Translations under genes and position numbers: made by a program
In this document: piece by piece, positions 39,194 through 53,770 of the stretch
How the letters are laid out: each line of letters begins with the position of its first letter
Numbering within the stretch: position 1 is the stretch's first letter
Assembly: GCA_010909165.1 (NCBI GenBank)
Contig: VJWM01000287.1
Location: 62,001 to 126,000 of the forward strand
Source: Anthoceros angustus
Taxonomy: Eukaryota; Plantae; Anthocerotophyta
DNA: 64,000 nt
Direction: 5' to 3'
The notes under the pieces: model-generated
Databases searched by the model: none
Told to the model about the DNA's origin: nothing
Seen by the model: only the letters and a program-made list of their open reading frames with translations

Positions 39194-41781
39194 CGCAACA
39201 GAAGTCATCGTAACAACGTTGAGATGTACAAACAACATAATGATAACAAACGAAAAGAAAGAACTCACATGCCTTGAACCGTCGGATGAGAACTCTGGAA
39301 GGTCTAAAAGTTGATTATCGGCCTAGACAAGAGAGGATATGGGCGGTGCCCCAAAACACAACTTGGGGCTAGACATTGTTAGAGTTGTTATTCCTTCCAC
39401 TTTCTTAAGGATGACACATAGAACCCGCTCTAAAAATACACCACATATGGGAAAAATAAAGTGAAAACCCTTTTTCAAGTACAACAAGAGTTAGACGTAC
39501 AAACAACCATAGATGTACAACATATACATCGACACACAAGTAAAACAATCAATCGCTCATTGGACAACAGACTCATCCATGCCACACAACAACACATATT
39601 TCTAGATTAGAATCAAAAACATCCAAAGATGTTGAGGCAAACCCTCCAAACGTTGCACACTTCAATACCTGCACATAAACACCGGTCTATGAGATTAAGC
39701 TCCAAGACATGCACACAATACACCATGCCCAATCCAGATTCACTTTTCAATGCACACTACATACAAATCTACCAAATCTACAAAGCGAAAAGAAAGAGAA
39801 GGCGGAAACCACAAAGAAGGCAAACAACATATACATCGACACACAATGCAAAAGTCAACTAAGAACGACTCTTAAGAGAGCTTACAGTAAAACAGTACCT
39901 AAAATCAAAATGAGTAAATTATCTTACATCTGCTAACAAGAACAAATTGTGACGGGTGATCTGAACAGAACTTTAAGTGCATGCCACCTCCTACATGACA
40001 CTGTTGAGCGAAACAAAGAGTTAGAAACCTTGACGATCCACAGCAAAGTGAACAGAAAATATAACAGAGTGCAGATCATACCTTATGGTACACCTGGTTG
40101 AGCCGTAAAAACACCAACAGTCTACATAGATGAAGACACAATAAGTAAGACGCACGACACTGCAAGTTGACACTCCAATGAGTTACACCAGTCAAGTTTA
40201 CTTCAAATAAATGTATACGACAGAAGAACACACCTACCAAATTCATGATTGCCTTCAACCAGCCTATCGCCGAACGCAACACCAAACTCCAATTGTGAAC
40301 GTGCACTGCACACCAAGACCATAAACATTATGAGATATCCAGAAAGTAGCCTAATAAATACATACCAAGACAACAAGCAGGCAAGAGGAACAACGCTAAG
40401 AACACAAGAATAACATGGAACCGACCAACAAAGCATAGACAAACAATGAGAGAAAACACTCAAAGAACGGCAAGTCGACAAACCTCGGATAAAGGTGCAC
40501 TTCTTGCCCGGTCCAGTGCCCGTGGGTTTTCTTTTAGAGCCATCGCAACAGAGAAGTCATCGAACAACGTTGAGATGTACAAACAACATAAGATAACAAA
40601 GCGAAAAGAAAGAACTCACATGCCTTGAACCGTCGGATGAGAACTGCTGGAAGGTCTAAAAGTTGATTATCGACAGTCTAGACAAGAGAGGATATGGGGC
40701 GGTGCCCCAAAACACAACTTGGGGCTAGACATTGTTAGAGTTGTTATTCCTTCCACTTTCTATTAAGGATGACACATAGAACACTCAAAAATACACCACA
40801 TATGGGAAAAATAAAGTGAAAACCCTTTTTCAAGTACAACAAGAGTTAGACGTACAAACAACCATAGATGTACAACATATACATCGGACCACACAAGTAA
40901 AACAATCAAGCGCTCATTGGACAACAGACTCATCCATGCCACACAACAACACATATTTCTAGATTAGAATCGGAAAACATCCAAAGATGTTGAGGCAAAC
41001 CCTCAAACGTTGCACACTTCAATACACGCACATAAACACGGTCTATAAGATTAAGCTCCAAGACATGCACACAATACACCATGCCCAATCCAGATTCACT
41101 TTTCAATGCACACATACTGTACATAGTGATTACCAAATCTACAAAGCGGGGTCTTCAACGATAACAACACAATAAACAGCTTATCGGACACTGCAAAAGT
41201 CAACTAAGACGACTCTTAAGAGAGCTTACAAGAAACAAGACTAAAATCAAAATGAGTAAATTATCTTACATATGCTAACAAGAACAAATTGTTGTGATCG
41301 AGCAGAACTTTAAGTGCATGCCACCTCCTACATGACATCGTTGAGAAAACAAAGAGTTAGAAACCTTGACGATCCACAAAGTGAGCAGAAAACATAGCAG
41401 ATCATACCTTATGGTACACCGGTTGAAAAACACCAATCTACATAGATGAAGACACAATAAGTAAAAGCATACGACATCGCAAGTTGACACTCCAATGAGT
41501 GACACCGTTTACTTCAAATAAATGTATGAAGAACACACCTACCAAATTCATGATCGCCTTCAACCAGCCTATCGAGCAACACCAAACTCCAATTGTCAAC
41601 GTGCACACCAAGACCATAAACATTATGAATATCCAGTAGCCTAATAAATACATACCAAGACAACAAGCAAGAGGAACAACATCAAGAACACAAGAATAAC
41701 AACATGGAACCGACAAACAAAGCGTATGCGGACAAACAATGAGAGAAAACACCAAAGAACGGCCGATAAACCTCGGGATAA
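39142..41781. repeat. ~1.35-kb tandem duplication
   Basis: aaaggtgc..ttcttgcccggtcca at 39142 and 40491; collinear to ~41781. Confidence 0.9.
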
Positions 41782-44739
41782 CAGTGCCTACCAAAACCGA
41801 GCGGTCATTGTCTTCCCACGGTCAACCTCCTCCTCAGACATTTCCCATCGTCCTCGAACGAACAAAAGGGGATAGGACATATGCACATGATCAACATGGG
41901 AAACCCCGATAGGAACGACTCCAAACCTAATACGAGAGGAAGCGAACGGCGGCCCCAAACACATGCAGTCACAAACTGAACGACAAGACGCACAAAACCA
42001 ACTTACGTTGTCATGTAAGAACGATGTAAGAAGCCAACACATACTAAAAGGAAACCATGAACTAGGAGCGAAATCCCGAGAACACAGCGACGCACGAACG
42101 GAAAGCCGAACACAAAACCAGAGCGCGTCCCGACACGCCGCCAGTGCATAAGCAAGGTATGCCGACAAACATACAAAGAAAGAGCGTAAGAAGTTTTCTC
42201 GACGATGACAAAGAAAGAGAAGGCGGAAACCACAAAGAAGGCAAACAATGAGTAGCACGACACGTAATGCAAGAAAAGCCATAGACACAAAACCGCTAGA
42301 CAAATATAGCGAAAAAAACGAGGAACAACGACAAAGCTAAACGCAAAGAAGAACAAAAAACCCGACACGAACGCATCTCGCAGCGGAAAACAAACCACGA
42401 TGTGGAGCCGACGAGACAACGCAAGGAGAGCACCAAAGCTTAACCGAAGTGCGACGCAAGCAAAGCGAGCGCAGCGAAACCAAAGCAAAGCGCAAGCAAG
42501 CCGGTGAGCGCAAATAACCCTAAGGGAGAGCAGGTCGGGAGCGAAGCGAGAGCGGAAAAGAAAGGCTGGAAAAAGAATGAGAGGAGTCGGAGAACCTGCT
42601 TATATAGCATTCGAAATCCTAGGTTTCTCCCTCTGTCGGCGCCGCCTCTCTCTCTACCAAACCTAATTCAAAATTTCCAAACCTAGACTTCCGAACCGAA
42701 TACCAAACCTACCCAGGCACACGATTCGCCAACCGCCGCCGCCCTACTTCCAAACCTAGCCAGACCCCTCCAAACCTAGCCTCCGAACCTCCGAAAGGCA
42801 GGGCGTATACCGAAGCTGCCGACGAATCCCAGGCTGCCACGCACACATACCCTTGGAAGCATCTGGAACCCTTAACCTGGCCTACTTAAACAACATAACT
42901 CCCCTTACTGCCCCATTCCTCCCCCTTTCCTCCCGCGCGACCGCCCATCTATGTTGTCGCCGCTTTCCTTCCGCGCGACCGCCCATCTCTCTCGCTATGG
43001 CGCTGCGACTCCTCCCTGCCCCATCTCGCTCATATGGCGCCAGACTGTGCGACATTTGTGAAGGGGTCCCTCTGCTATATTGCGCTCCGACTTCTCGAGA
43101 GTTTTTTGGGGGACTGTGGGTTCAAGCTCTTCGAACCCTTGATGCCTGGAGATCTATTCGTGCTCTTGCATTTGTGTTGATTCAGGCGGCATCCCTTCTA
43201 GGTTTTTGATTCGTCCTTCAGAACTCATGTTGTACCTCCTCTTTATAGTGTGCTACGTCTTGAGCAGCACGTCCAGCTTCGTGGCTATTGAGCTGGTCCA
43301 CTGACCCACATCGTTTCTGTCTGTTAGGATCTCCCTCCCGCCAGCGCTTTCTGGGCTCCGATCCGACTGCCAGAGTTTTCTGTGTGCCTTTGCACCGCCG
43401 AGGGGTAAGCTGGAAATGTTCTCTTGTGGGTTGTGGTGCTTTTTGCCTTTGTTCCCACCCGTCTGCTCACATATGTTGCTCTCTTGGTTCTTGTTTTGCT
43501 CTGTCATTGTTTTACTATTCCTTCTTACCCACCTGGTTTGTCCTCGCTGTACCACTCTCTCCTTCGCGTGGTCTCGACCTGTGCATCCGATCAGGAGTTC
43601 CCAATCGGGTTGCTTTGTATTCCGAGGTGTAAGCCAGGGAGGCTCTTTGGCTGTACTTTGCCATAGTTGCCACTCACTTACGAAATATTCTGGGTACATC
43701 GTTTGAAAGATATTATCTGCTTGCATTCCAAGATAAATTCTAATGTTTATGTTTCTTCGTAACATAGGATCACATTTCATGTGGGAATCTTCACAAGACG
43801 TGTTTAACGCTTGTCGAAAAGGTATATGCAAAGAAAGATCTTCTCCGAATTGAAATGGAGGTAAATGACTAATTACTTTTACTTTTTGTTTGTAGTTATC
43901 GAAGAATCAAAACGAGTTGTTTTCACTCTTTGAGGTGAGTACTAAAGTTGGAAAAATAGATAAGTTTTATATATGAATTCTGACAATGGTTTAAATTGCA
44001 GAAATATTCTCGCTTGGACGAAATATTCGAAATGATTATACATTTATCTGGACCATACAATCAGCAGCTCAAAAAGTACTATTATGAAGAGAAGGCACGA
44101 CCGAAATCATTTTACACTCCATCTACTCCAATAGAATATGTGTAGAATTTACCAAAACTATTTTGATTACACCCCAATTACGACAGTGACGAAGATAATC
44201 CTTTTACTGTGTAAAACAATTGAAAAAACGAAAATGACAGATAATAGTAGAAAAGGAAGGGCAAATTACTGTAAGAGAGAGAGAAATGACATATAAGCTG
44301 GGTGGTATAGGCACCGGTCTATCTGATTCGCGAGACCTGGCTCCGCCTCTGCTCGAGAATTGGGCCAGCGTCTCGGCCCTGCACTCGCGCGCTCCCCGCT
44401 ACGCCGAGGCGGACGCGTCGGGCGCACGGCCTAGATCTCGGCCTCACGGCCTCGACCGTTCTCGGCCGTGACGCAGCCGTCAGTTCTAACACTTCGGACC
44501 AAACCCCACACACAAACACAGTAACCTCACCTTTATCTCGCGCTCCACTTTCACAAAAGCAAGCGCGTAAGCCACAACTAAACCCACGGACCACAGTTAC
44601 ACCTGAAACCGAGATATTTTAAGGCGTATGTGAAACGGATTGAAAAAAAACCCCGTTTTTACCACCATGTACTTAGCAAGTTATCACTCCCAATTTTGGA
44701 TGGAAGTGATGCACCTAAGCGTGCATAGACCCATACATG

Positions 44740-46204
44740 TGTGGTAATTTCTCTAGCCTGTTGCCCGGCATACTCTATGAAAATCTCCTCCTTTGTGAAT
44801 GTATCAGGCAGATTGAATACTTCCTCATAGTCTCCACATTTCCTTTGAAATGTATCCATCCACATCACGACTTGTAGACCATATGAAGTTGGGATTCTTC
44901 CAAGCCTTGCCTCAAGAAGAAACTGGTTCCCTTTGTACTCGGGTTTGAGCATTGGTACAGTGCTCCAATGCGAACACCGTGAGAATGCCTGCACATATAT
45001 CGGAACCTTCCCATGTGGTACCTTGTTCACCCATCCGTCACCACACCGTTTCGTCCTCCACCATATCAATAAGGTCTTGTAAATCTGTTCCTGCTCCCTT
45101 GCGTCATGGAAAAAAGGACACACGGATCGACTTGAGTTTGCCACTTCACCGCCTAAGCACTTTTTCCCGCAGAATGCCTTCTCAGTTCGCATAGCTCGTC
45201 CGACATAAGCCGCCGTAACGTGATCCGACAACTCTTGCTGCGCTGTTCTTGGTGAAACACACCTACCCTGCCACGGAATGCAACTCCAGCCCTTTAGACT
45301 TAGGATTAGCAGGAGGCAGCATCTCTGGCAAATATAACCCGTGGTTAGGTGATTTCACATCTCCGAACAATGCAATTGGGTCTCGTACCAGATGTGATCT
45401 CCGTGTCCTTCCTCTACTAGTGCCTTTATGACCCACCAGTGCATATTGCAATCCGAAATCCACGATCTCATGCACATTCTCACCACAATCCGGAGACTCA
45501 GCAATACTCTCTGATTCAGAATCCGTGCTATTCTCATGAGTGGTTCCTGGTATGACGCAAGGTTGATAGTACTCCTGCGATGCACAAAATGGGTTTGTTG
45601 TTGGTGCCACCTTGTCTCCACGCTGAGAAATCCGCTCGATGGACTTGGATTAGAGCAGAACATTCTGGCCAATTTCTTCGCCTCCCGGGACTTGAACAAA
45701 CCCGGCACACAGGTGCTAGGCAGTCGTCGAGGCGGGCCGCATTGCGCTCTATCGGGATGTGAATATCGAGGCCTCTCAAATGATTTTACGCGGCCACCTC
45801 CATCGGGCCGCGATTTCTTCTTGATCCCGCCTGGCCCGTTCTGGTATCCATCCAGGATCAAACAAGAGCAAATCTCCATCGCTTGCGGCTACGTTTGATA
45901 TATCACCCTGCAGGTCCGTTTCATCTAAGGCCATGTCGTGCTCTGGTTCTGCTCCCGGTAACATGGGCAAGCCATCACCGGACGTCCCGGGGTTCCACTC
46001 GGCTGGTGCAGCTGCGGCAATGTCTAATAAGATGGAATCTGACACAGTGCCGAGGTCGTCGACATGGAAGTCCTGTGCCGATACCACCGCCGCCAAGTCC
46101 ACTATCTCGGACTCAGACACATGTCCGAGATCTGCATCAGCTGGAGCTATTCTATCGTTTACCAAATCAAAGAACTCCTCCTCCGTGCTTAGGTTGCTAG
46201 CCAT
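44740..46204 (-). pseudogene. N-terminal part of a second Sola-like transposase (element 2), truncated
   Basis: CGKKCL...MWMDTF..VFNLPDTFTKEEIF matches AWMDSTF..VYNLPDTFTKLEVW of the 30350-35650 transposase. Confidence 0.7.
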
Positions 46205-46851
46205 CGCGTGCTACCAGAGACAAGCCAACAGTGAAGGTCGCAATGTGCTCAGAGTCGAAGACACGCAACTGGTCAAGTTTTCTAAGATGTGACTAGATAT
46301 CTCGGATGCTGGGCCACAATGACCGACGTCAATAAACACGGATGTGTGATTTGCGGCTATAGCTCATGGCGGCTGAAGACCGTTAAATGCCACAAATGAT
46401 TGCTATAATCGAGACGTCAAATGTTATGCATATGGCGAAACTGGCTTTGGCCGCTGGCAAAACCCAGAATATTCGTGGAAGTATGTTGTATTCCTTGTTG
46501 TGACAGTTGAGCCACTGACCCCGGCTAAACTTGGCTAAATTGCAACGCCCACGCTGCACTGCATGAATTTCTGACCGTATGCGCGATTCATGCATGTCCT
46601 GCACATACCGGTCACGATCTAGTTGCCATGAGCCATCATGTCGTCGTCTTTCTCATAGTATTGTTGTGCGCATGCAGAAGCATAGGTGTGAGACTGGCGG
46701 TGTGTTACATCGTCCTAAAGTTGGTGTCGCTGCAGGACATCGGGGTCGACAGGTGGAGAGGTGGTTTCTTGCTCTTGATTCACCATTGCATTCCCGATTA
46801 GGTGCTCATAGACCCTTGAGCAGCTAACAGCTGCTTGGTCAATTTGTATAG

Positions 46852-47238
46852 ATGGCCCCTCTAAACAAGAAGCGGAGCAATGCTCCTAATGGAGAAGGAG
46901 TGCCAGCGGCGGACAAAAAACGGCACGGCGAAGTAGTTGATCTGAGCCCATGGAAAGCGCACGAGTCCGGACCGAAGACCCTAGCATGCAACACGCACGG
47001 CAGTGACCCGCGCCCCACCACATCAACTCCGACCAGAGCATCTTTTCAAAGTCCTTACAAGGAAGCGGAAATCGATATGTTCAGAAAGTTTTTTATGGAG
47101 CACTCTCCATTCAACATCTCGGACAAGAGCTGGACTGTGCAGCAACGTCCTGCTGGACAATTGGTGTATGTGTACATTATGGGTGCATCATGGTCCAGTT
47201 CAAAGTCTTCATGTCTGGGAGCAGTTGTGTTCACGTAG
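46852..47238 (+). pseudogene. 5' part of the cargo (ParB-like) gene of element 2, interrupted by element B
   Basis: Divergent from the 46204 transposase. SPYKEAEIDMFRK..DKSW resembles SPYSYEESVMIRR..EKEW of the 28546 gene. The local frame joins the 59967 segment (..CVHV|AEKNDPVMQF). Confidence 0.5.
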
Positions 47239-47620
47239 TTGAATGATGAACGGGCCAGGCGCCGAGTCACCGAGCAGGGGCCGAGACCGTTCTAGGCCGT
47301 GCGCCCGGCGGCGTTCGTTCCACAGCGTAAGGGAGCCCGTGGGGCGAGACGCCACTCGCCACTGCTCGAGCCAGGTCCGAATGCATCTTTAGAATTGCCT
47401 TGTGCACCCAAGCTAGAAGTCTTTTCTCTCTTCGAGTTTTCACCTTCGCACGTAGTTCGTGTGTTAAAGGCGGGCGGCTCGGAGGCGTCACGGCCGAGAA
47501 CGGTCGAGGCCGTTAGGCGAGACCGTTCTAGGCCGTGCGCCCGGCGGCGTTCGTTCCACAGCGTAAGGGGCGGGTGGCGAGCCGCGCCACTCGACTTGAG
47601 GCGGGGCCGAGTCTGTCATC

Positions 47621-50558
47621 TTAAATTGTTGCCTTGTGCACCCAAGCTAGAAGTCTTTTCTCTCTCTTCGAGTTTTCACCTTCGCACTTGAGTTTTACCT
47701 TCGCAGTTTTCACTTTCACGGTTTCGTTTGTCTTTTCGGTTTTGGCATTTCTTTCTAACTTTCTTCTGCGGGCGTTGAAGGTATACACCGCGATTTCGGA
47801 TCCGCCTGCCTTCGAATACTTCTTTCTTTGTTCATTGACGGTCCAGAGAAAGTTTTTATGGAGCACTCTCCATTCAACATCTCGGACAAGAGCGGGTATG
47901 CAAGCGTCTGCGGACAATTGGTATGTGTACATTATGGGTGCATCATGGTCCAGTTCAAAGTCTTCATGTCAGGGAGCGATTGTGTTCACGTAGTTCGTGT
48001 GTTAAAGGCGGGCGGCTCGGAGGCGTCACGGCCGAGAACGGTCGAGGCCGTTAGGCGAGACCGTTCTAGGCCGTGCGCCCGGCGGCGTTCGTTCCACAGC
48101 GTAAGGGGCGGGTGGCGAGCCGCGCCACTCGACTTGAGGCGGGGCCGAGTCTGTCATCTTAAATTGTTGCCTGGTGCACCCAAGGTAGAAGTCTTTTTTC
48201 TCTCTCTTTCAGAGTTTTCACCTTCGCACTTCAGGTTTTTACCTTCGCACTTCAGAGTTTTCACTTTCACGGCTGTTTACGTTTGTCTTTTCAGGGTTTT
48301 GGCATTTCTCTTTTCTAACTTTCTTCTGCAGGCGTTGAAGGGGTGTACACCGGCGATTTCGGATCTGCTCTGTCTTCAGAGTAATACTTCTTTCTTTGTT
48401 CATTGTACGGTCCAGATAGAAAGTTAATCATTTCGAAAATTTCGTCCAAACGGGAATATTTCTGCAGCAATGGTAAATGTCAAACATCGTAGCTATATAA
48501 TTTCACCACTGTAAATATGATATACTAACCTCAAATAGTGCAAACAACTCCTTTTGATTCTTCGATAACTACAAACAAAAAGAGGAGTTAATATTTTACC
48601 TCCATTTTAAGTCGAAGAAGATCTTGCTCGGTAAATACCTTTCTCACTAATGTGAGGCAATGGCTGTGAAGATTTCCCACACTACGGAAATGTGATTGGA
48701 CGTTCTGCAAAGAAATATCAACCTTAGAATTTGCATATTTGGTAAATACCAATATTAATATTTTCCTTGTTTACATACGTAAATTGTTGCCTTGTGCACC
48801 CAAGCTAGAAGTCTTTTCTCTCTCTTTCGAGTTTTCACGGTTTTACCTTCGCATGAGTTTTCACTTTCACGGTACATTTGTTTTTCAGGTTTTGGCATTT
48901 CTTTCTAACTTTCTTCTGTGCGTTGAAGGGTGTACCGCGATTTCGGATGCTCTGTCTTGAGAATAATACTTCTTTCTTTGTTCATTATACGGTCCGGATA
49001 GAAAGTTAATCATTTGAAAATTTCGTCAAGCGGGAATATTTCGGGCAATGGTAAATGTCAAACATATTATATAATTTCACCTGTGTAAATATGATATACT
49101 AACCTCAAATAGTGCAAACAACTCCTTTTGATTCTTGATAACTACAAACAAAAAAGGAGTTAATATTTTACCTCCATTTCAAGTCGAAGAAGATCTTGCT
49201 CGGTAAATACCTTTCTCACTAATGTGAGGCAATGGCTGTGAAGATTTCCACACTACGGAAATGTGATTGGGCGTTACGCAAAGAAATATCAACCGGAATT
49301 TGCATATTTGGTAAATACCAATATTAATATTTTCCTTGTTTACGTATTCTGAACTAACCTTTTGAATGTTTTTGTAGTTTGGATCTTCCATGAGAGTCAA
49401 CAAGTCTGGTTTTAGCTCCTTATTTTCAATGGCTGTGATATTTCTACATTACCAAAACACAAAATATTTCATTAGTACTACATAAACCGATTCAAATAAA
49501 CTATTAAAACAATATAAACCGATAACACTTACTTTTGGATCTCCATGTCGCTTTAGGTTGTTGCCGACCCATCTTCATTGCATTTGGCTGGATCTTTGAG
49601 GCTATGTTCCCAAATGGGAACATATCTATTTTTAAAATCTTGGAAGACTTGTGGATACTGAAAGTTCTCCATCCATTTTCCAAAGTCGACAAATTCCTTC
49701 GATGGTCCATACGTCGGTGCATTATCTTCTGACTCGCCTTTTTTCCTCTTTTTGTCCTTTGGGAAAACAGTAATTAATTAGTAAAATACTAGTTACAAAT
49801 ATATTTAATTATTTACAAATATACAATAGCAATTACGATGATGAGATATGTGTTGTTGATTTTATCATCCATTGCTTCTATTTTCCTTAATTTCCGCAGC
49901 TTTGTTCAAGAAGACTGTAAACAAATATATTAGTACTAATGTAAACAAATACATATATTACAAATGTTTGTTGTTTACCTCCAAAATCGATGAATTGAGA
50001 TCGATGTCCATTGAAACTGGACAGTCATTGTTTCCAACTCTAATTGAGCTGTTCGAGATTCTTCTTAATATCCTGTAACCATATACAACCATTGTAAGTT
50101 TGATACCTATATTTTTGTTCTATAGTTCTAGAGAAGTTGAATCAAGTTTACCTTTTTAATTTTTTCCAATTGAGCAGCATCCGCAAAGGAGCCGCAAGTC
50201 CTTTTGTCCATTGATGTGAACATAGTGTGCTCGTGAGTCGTATCAAATATATCCAATTAGAAATGTTGACAGGAAAGTCAATTTATAATTGCAATGTACT
50301 ACCTTTCTCAACTATTTTCGTATCTCAATGAGAGGATTTGAACTTGACTGTCATCATATCCTGGATCCCCATGGGTGGGAACATGATTGTTCGATCGCCA
50401 GTTAAGGTTTGTTGGCTCTACTATTGTGATCGCTCTGGAGAAAAATCATTTTAGCCATGGATTTATCAACCTAAAATGGATTTAGCGGCGAAAGGTAAAT
50501 CATGATTACCTTCTTGGATTTCGACCATTTCATCGTTGCTCTCATTCTCGGATGCCAT
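47621..50558 (-). pseudogene. Orphan multi-exon gene of element B (AT-rich introns); partial inverted copy at ~43680-44290 (+)
   Basis: Begins MASENESNDEMVEIQE|gt. The KYSRLDEIFEM..LSGPYN.Q.KKY segment and a KGI..RSS segment occur in both copies; many frameshifts. Confidence 0.45.
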
Positions 50559-51121
50559 TCAAATAAAAGCATCGGTCAACGCACACAAACAATGCTCATG
50601 CTTCAACTTTGAAACATCTACGAGTGCGCACATGCTCGATGTCGCGCGCATGCTAAGGGCCACCGCAGCCACCGCATGTGGGACTTCGTATGAGGACGCA
50701 CCATGATACACCATGTGGTGATATTCTCGTGGTGATGTCACCATAAGATGGCATGCCGCCACGAACGTTGTGGCGCTATAACATATGCGGTTTGTGTTGT
50801 CGGCACGCGTATGCCGCATCATCAACCTATGAATCACGAGATGCCGCATTTCACAGATGTGCGCGTGTGCATGCCACATTGTTACTTCTACAGAGCAGGG
50901 AAAACAAATTGATACCAACCTTTCAGGATAACCGGTCAGATTTCCTACACAAAAAACGGAAAATGTTAGCGCGACCACTTGATGTGTTCTATCGATAATG
51001 AGGGCGTGACCGTACTCAAGATTCTTTGCTGTCTACACACGGAGTGATTAGTTTGTTAGGAACTCTGATCACAACATGTGACGTTGACGACACGTCGACT
51101 CTAAGTAAAATAAAACCGGGC

Positions 51122-53770
51122 GATCTTAACTGGAGCTTTTGATCGGAATCTTACCTTGAAGACAGATGAAAACGGAAGTCGGTCAGAGCGGCAAGCTCAA
51201 TCTGAAACGACAACCGTTAAACGATGCGTTTGTTGGTTACTGCAGTAAAGCGCGATCTACCGAAACGAAAGGAAAGGAAAGGATGTGTCACGACAATCGC
51301 AGGCCAAGGTTGAGATCGGCGGCGTTAGCAGCCCCAAGCTCGCACACGCCACGCCCGAGTCACGAATGCACCGGCGTCCGAGTCAAATGGCAAGTCATGC
51401 TTGAACGGCCATGCCGACTCGTGCGAGGCATGCTCAGAATTCGCATGGATAAGCTTCAAGAGCGCTTGAAGGAAGGACTTACGTAGGAGTTCTTGTGGTC
51501 GGACCGCTTCACCAGCAGGCAACGAGTGTCGTGACCTAGGTGAAAGGCAACGAGATTAATCCAAGATCGCAACGCCGATCAAAGACAAGACTCGCCGATC
51601 ACTTGCTAGCTTTTGATCGTGATTAGCCCGACTTTGAAAGGAAACAACCAAGGTAATAAGGTCAGTTTGTCTACACAGAGGCTAATGTTCGAGGACCTCT
51701 TTGGCTGGAACTTGAAGGGTCTTTTGCTACTGGTCGAGTTTTCACTGACATATCACTTGTGAGAAAGGCAGTTCTCAATGGCAAACTGACAGCAGCGATT
51801 ACAGCTCATGCACTAGCAATGGTTGGAAACAAGAGCCCACAAGATAGCTGGGTGTGGGCAAATGGACTTCAACCAATTAAGGAGAACCGACACTACCTTA
51901 GTGGGCTTGACGTCGTACCTACGAAGGACGCCAAAAAGAGACTTCTTGTTGTCTTATGGGCGGTGGCGAGCTAAGCGTGGGATGCCACGATGAGCCGCAA
52001 AAAGAGGATTAGGCGTAGATCGAGAGTGCAAATTGGTGTACCCACCTAGGGGTGGAATCAAGAAACTATGCGATCAAGAAGAAGCGCATCAAACGATCGC
52101 GTGTGGTGGGCGTAGATGAAGGGCGTGGAGCCGATTGGCCGACCTTCCCCGAGGACACCAAACTTGGAGCAAGAGGCACTACGGCAGATCGTAACCCAGA
52201 GCGCCGACCGCCACATCCTACGCGAGCAGCTGCGTTGGGCGGCGGAATCAAACCCTATGTGCCGTGCTCAAAACCGAAACTTAGATGGTTCGACGGTGGC
52301 GGCACCGTGGTTGAACGGTAGGTTCGGGTTACGCCCCGCTGCATCGGGGTTCGGAGATTAGGTTTGGTGCGGTTAGGCTAGGTTTGGAATCAAGAACCTA
52401 GGTTTGGTTGAGGAGCGGCGGCGGCAAATAATGGCGAACCCACGAGGTTTGGAATCCTCTAATCTTAGGTTCAAATTCAAAACCCAGGTGATCTTAACTG
52501 GAGCTTTTGATCGGAATCTTACCTTGAAGGATAAGCGGGCCGGACGTATGCAAGCTCAAGCTGTAAACGCACAAGCTGTTAAGCGGCATGCGGCTTGCGG
52601 TTCGGTCGAGCAAAGCGATCTAAGCGAAAGGAAAGGAAAGGATGTGTCGAGCATACGCTGTTGAGGCGCAGCGTTAGCTGCGGCAAGCACTGCGCCGTCC
52701 GAGTCAGAACGCTGCGTGGTCAAATGGCAAGTCATGCTTGCAGCGGCCATGCCGACTCGTGCGAGGCATGCCTCTGTAACTCGCATGCGTGATGCGCTTC
52801 TAAGCGATTGAAGGACTTACGCAGGAGTTCTTGTGGTGGACCACAGCTTCCCAGTAAACGAGTGTTTGTTGTGACCTAGGTGAAAGGCAACGAGATTAAT
52901 CCAGACCAAAGCGTTCAAAGACAAGGCGCCGATCACTTGCTAGCTTGCGGGTGATCGATTAGCCGACTTTGAAAACAACCAAGGTAAGGTCGGTTTGTCT
53001 ACACAGGCTAATGTCGAGGACCTCTTTTGGCGGAACTTGAAGGGTCTTTTTACGTGTGGCACAGTTTCTCGACATATCACTTGTGAAAAGCGTTCTCAAT
53101 GGCACGGAGCGATTATAGCTCATGCACTAGCAATGGTTGGAAACAAGAGCCCACAAGATAGCTGGGTGTGGGCAAAGGACTTCAACCAATTAAGGAAGAC
53201 ACTACCTTAGTGGGCTTGACGTACCTCGAAGGGCAAAGAGACTTCTTGTTGTCTTATGGGCGGTGGCGAGCTAAGCGTGGGGGATGCGGTATGAGCCAAA
53301 AAGCGTGATCGATGGCGGAGATCGAGAGTGCAAATTGGTGTACCCACCTAGGGGTGGAATCAAGAAACTATGCGGTGAAGAAGAAGCGCATCAACGATGC
53401 GTGTGGTGGGCGTCAGATGAAGGGAACGTGGAGCCGATTGCGTCGTCAGACCTTCCCCGAGGACAGCAGCCAAACTTGGAGCAAGAGGCACTCGCGAACG
53501 GCGTACGGGGCGACCGCCACATCCTCGCGAGCAACTGGCGGCTGTTGGGCGGTGTGAAACCCTATGTGCTTTGGTAAAAAGAAACTTCTAGATGGTTCGA
53601 CGGTGGGGTGCGTGGCGTGTGGTTGCAGTAGGTTCGTTCCGCATCGGGGTTCGGAGATTAGGTTTGGTGCGGTTAGGCTAGGTTTGGAATCAAGAACCTA
53701 GGTTTGGTTGAGGAGCGGCGGCGAATGGCGAACCCTACGTGGTTGGAATCCGCTCGGAATCTTAGGTTGG
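51122..53770. repeat. ~1.37-kb tandem duplication
   Basis: gatcttaactggagcttttgatcggaatcttaccttgaag at 51122 and 52490. Confidence 0.9.

Larger units (their letters stand above)
37153..44498 (-). mobile_element. Unclassified element 'A' (internally deleted, inverted copy of element 'B'); no TSD
   Basis: Homologous in inverted orientation to 47994-59966. Shared end gcgactttacg; shared other end T(C/T)CG..gtgtta..gcgtcacggccgagaacggtcgaggccg; shared ccaaacctag repeats next to a TATA-like motif (~42600 vs ~53840); shared genes. Flanks rejoin as a C/A-rich host sequence. Confidence 0.65.

Noticed and set aside
38439-39314. 291-aa + strand ORF
   Set aside because: It is antisense to the ORF whose protein is recognisably conserved in the second element copy.
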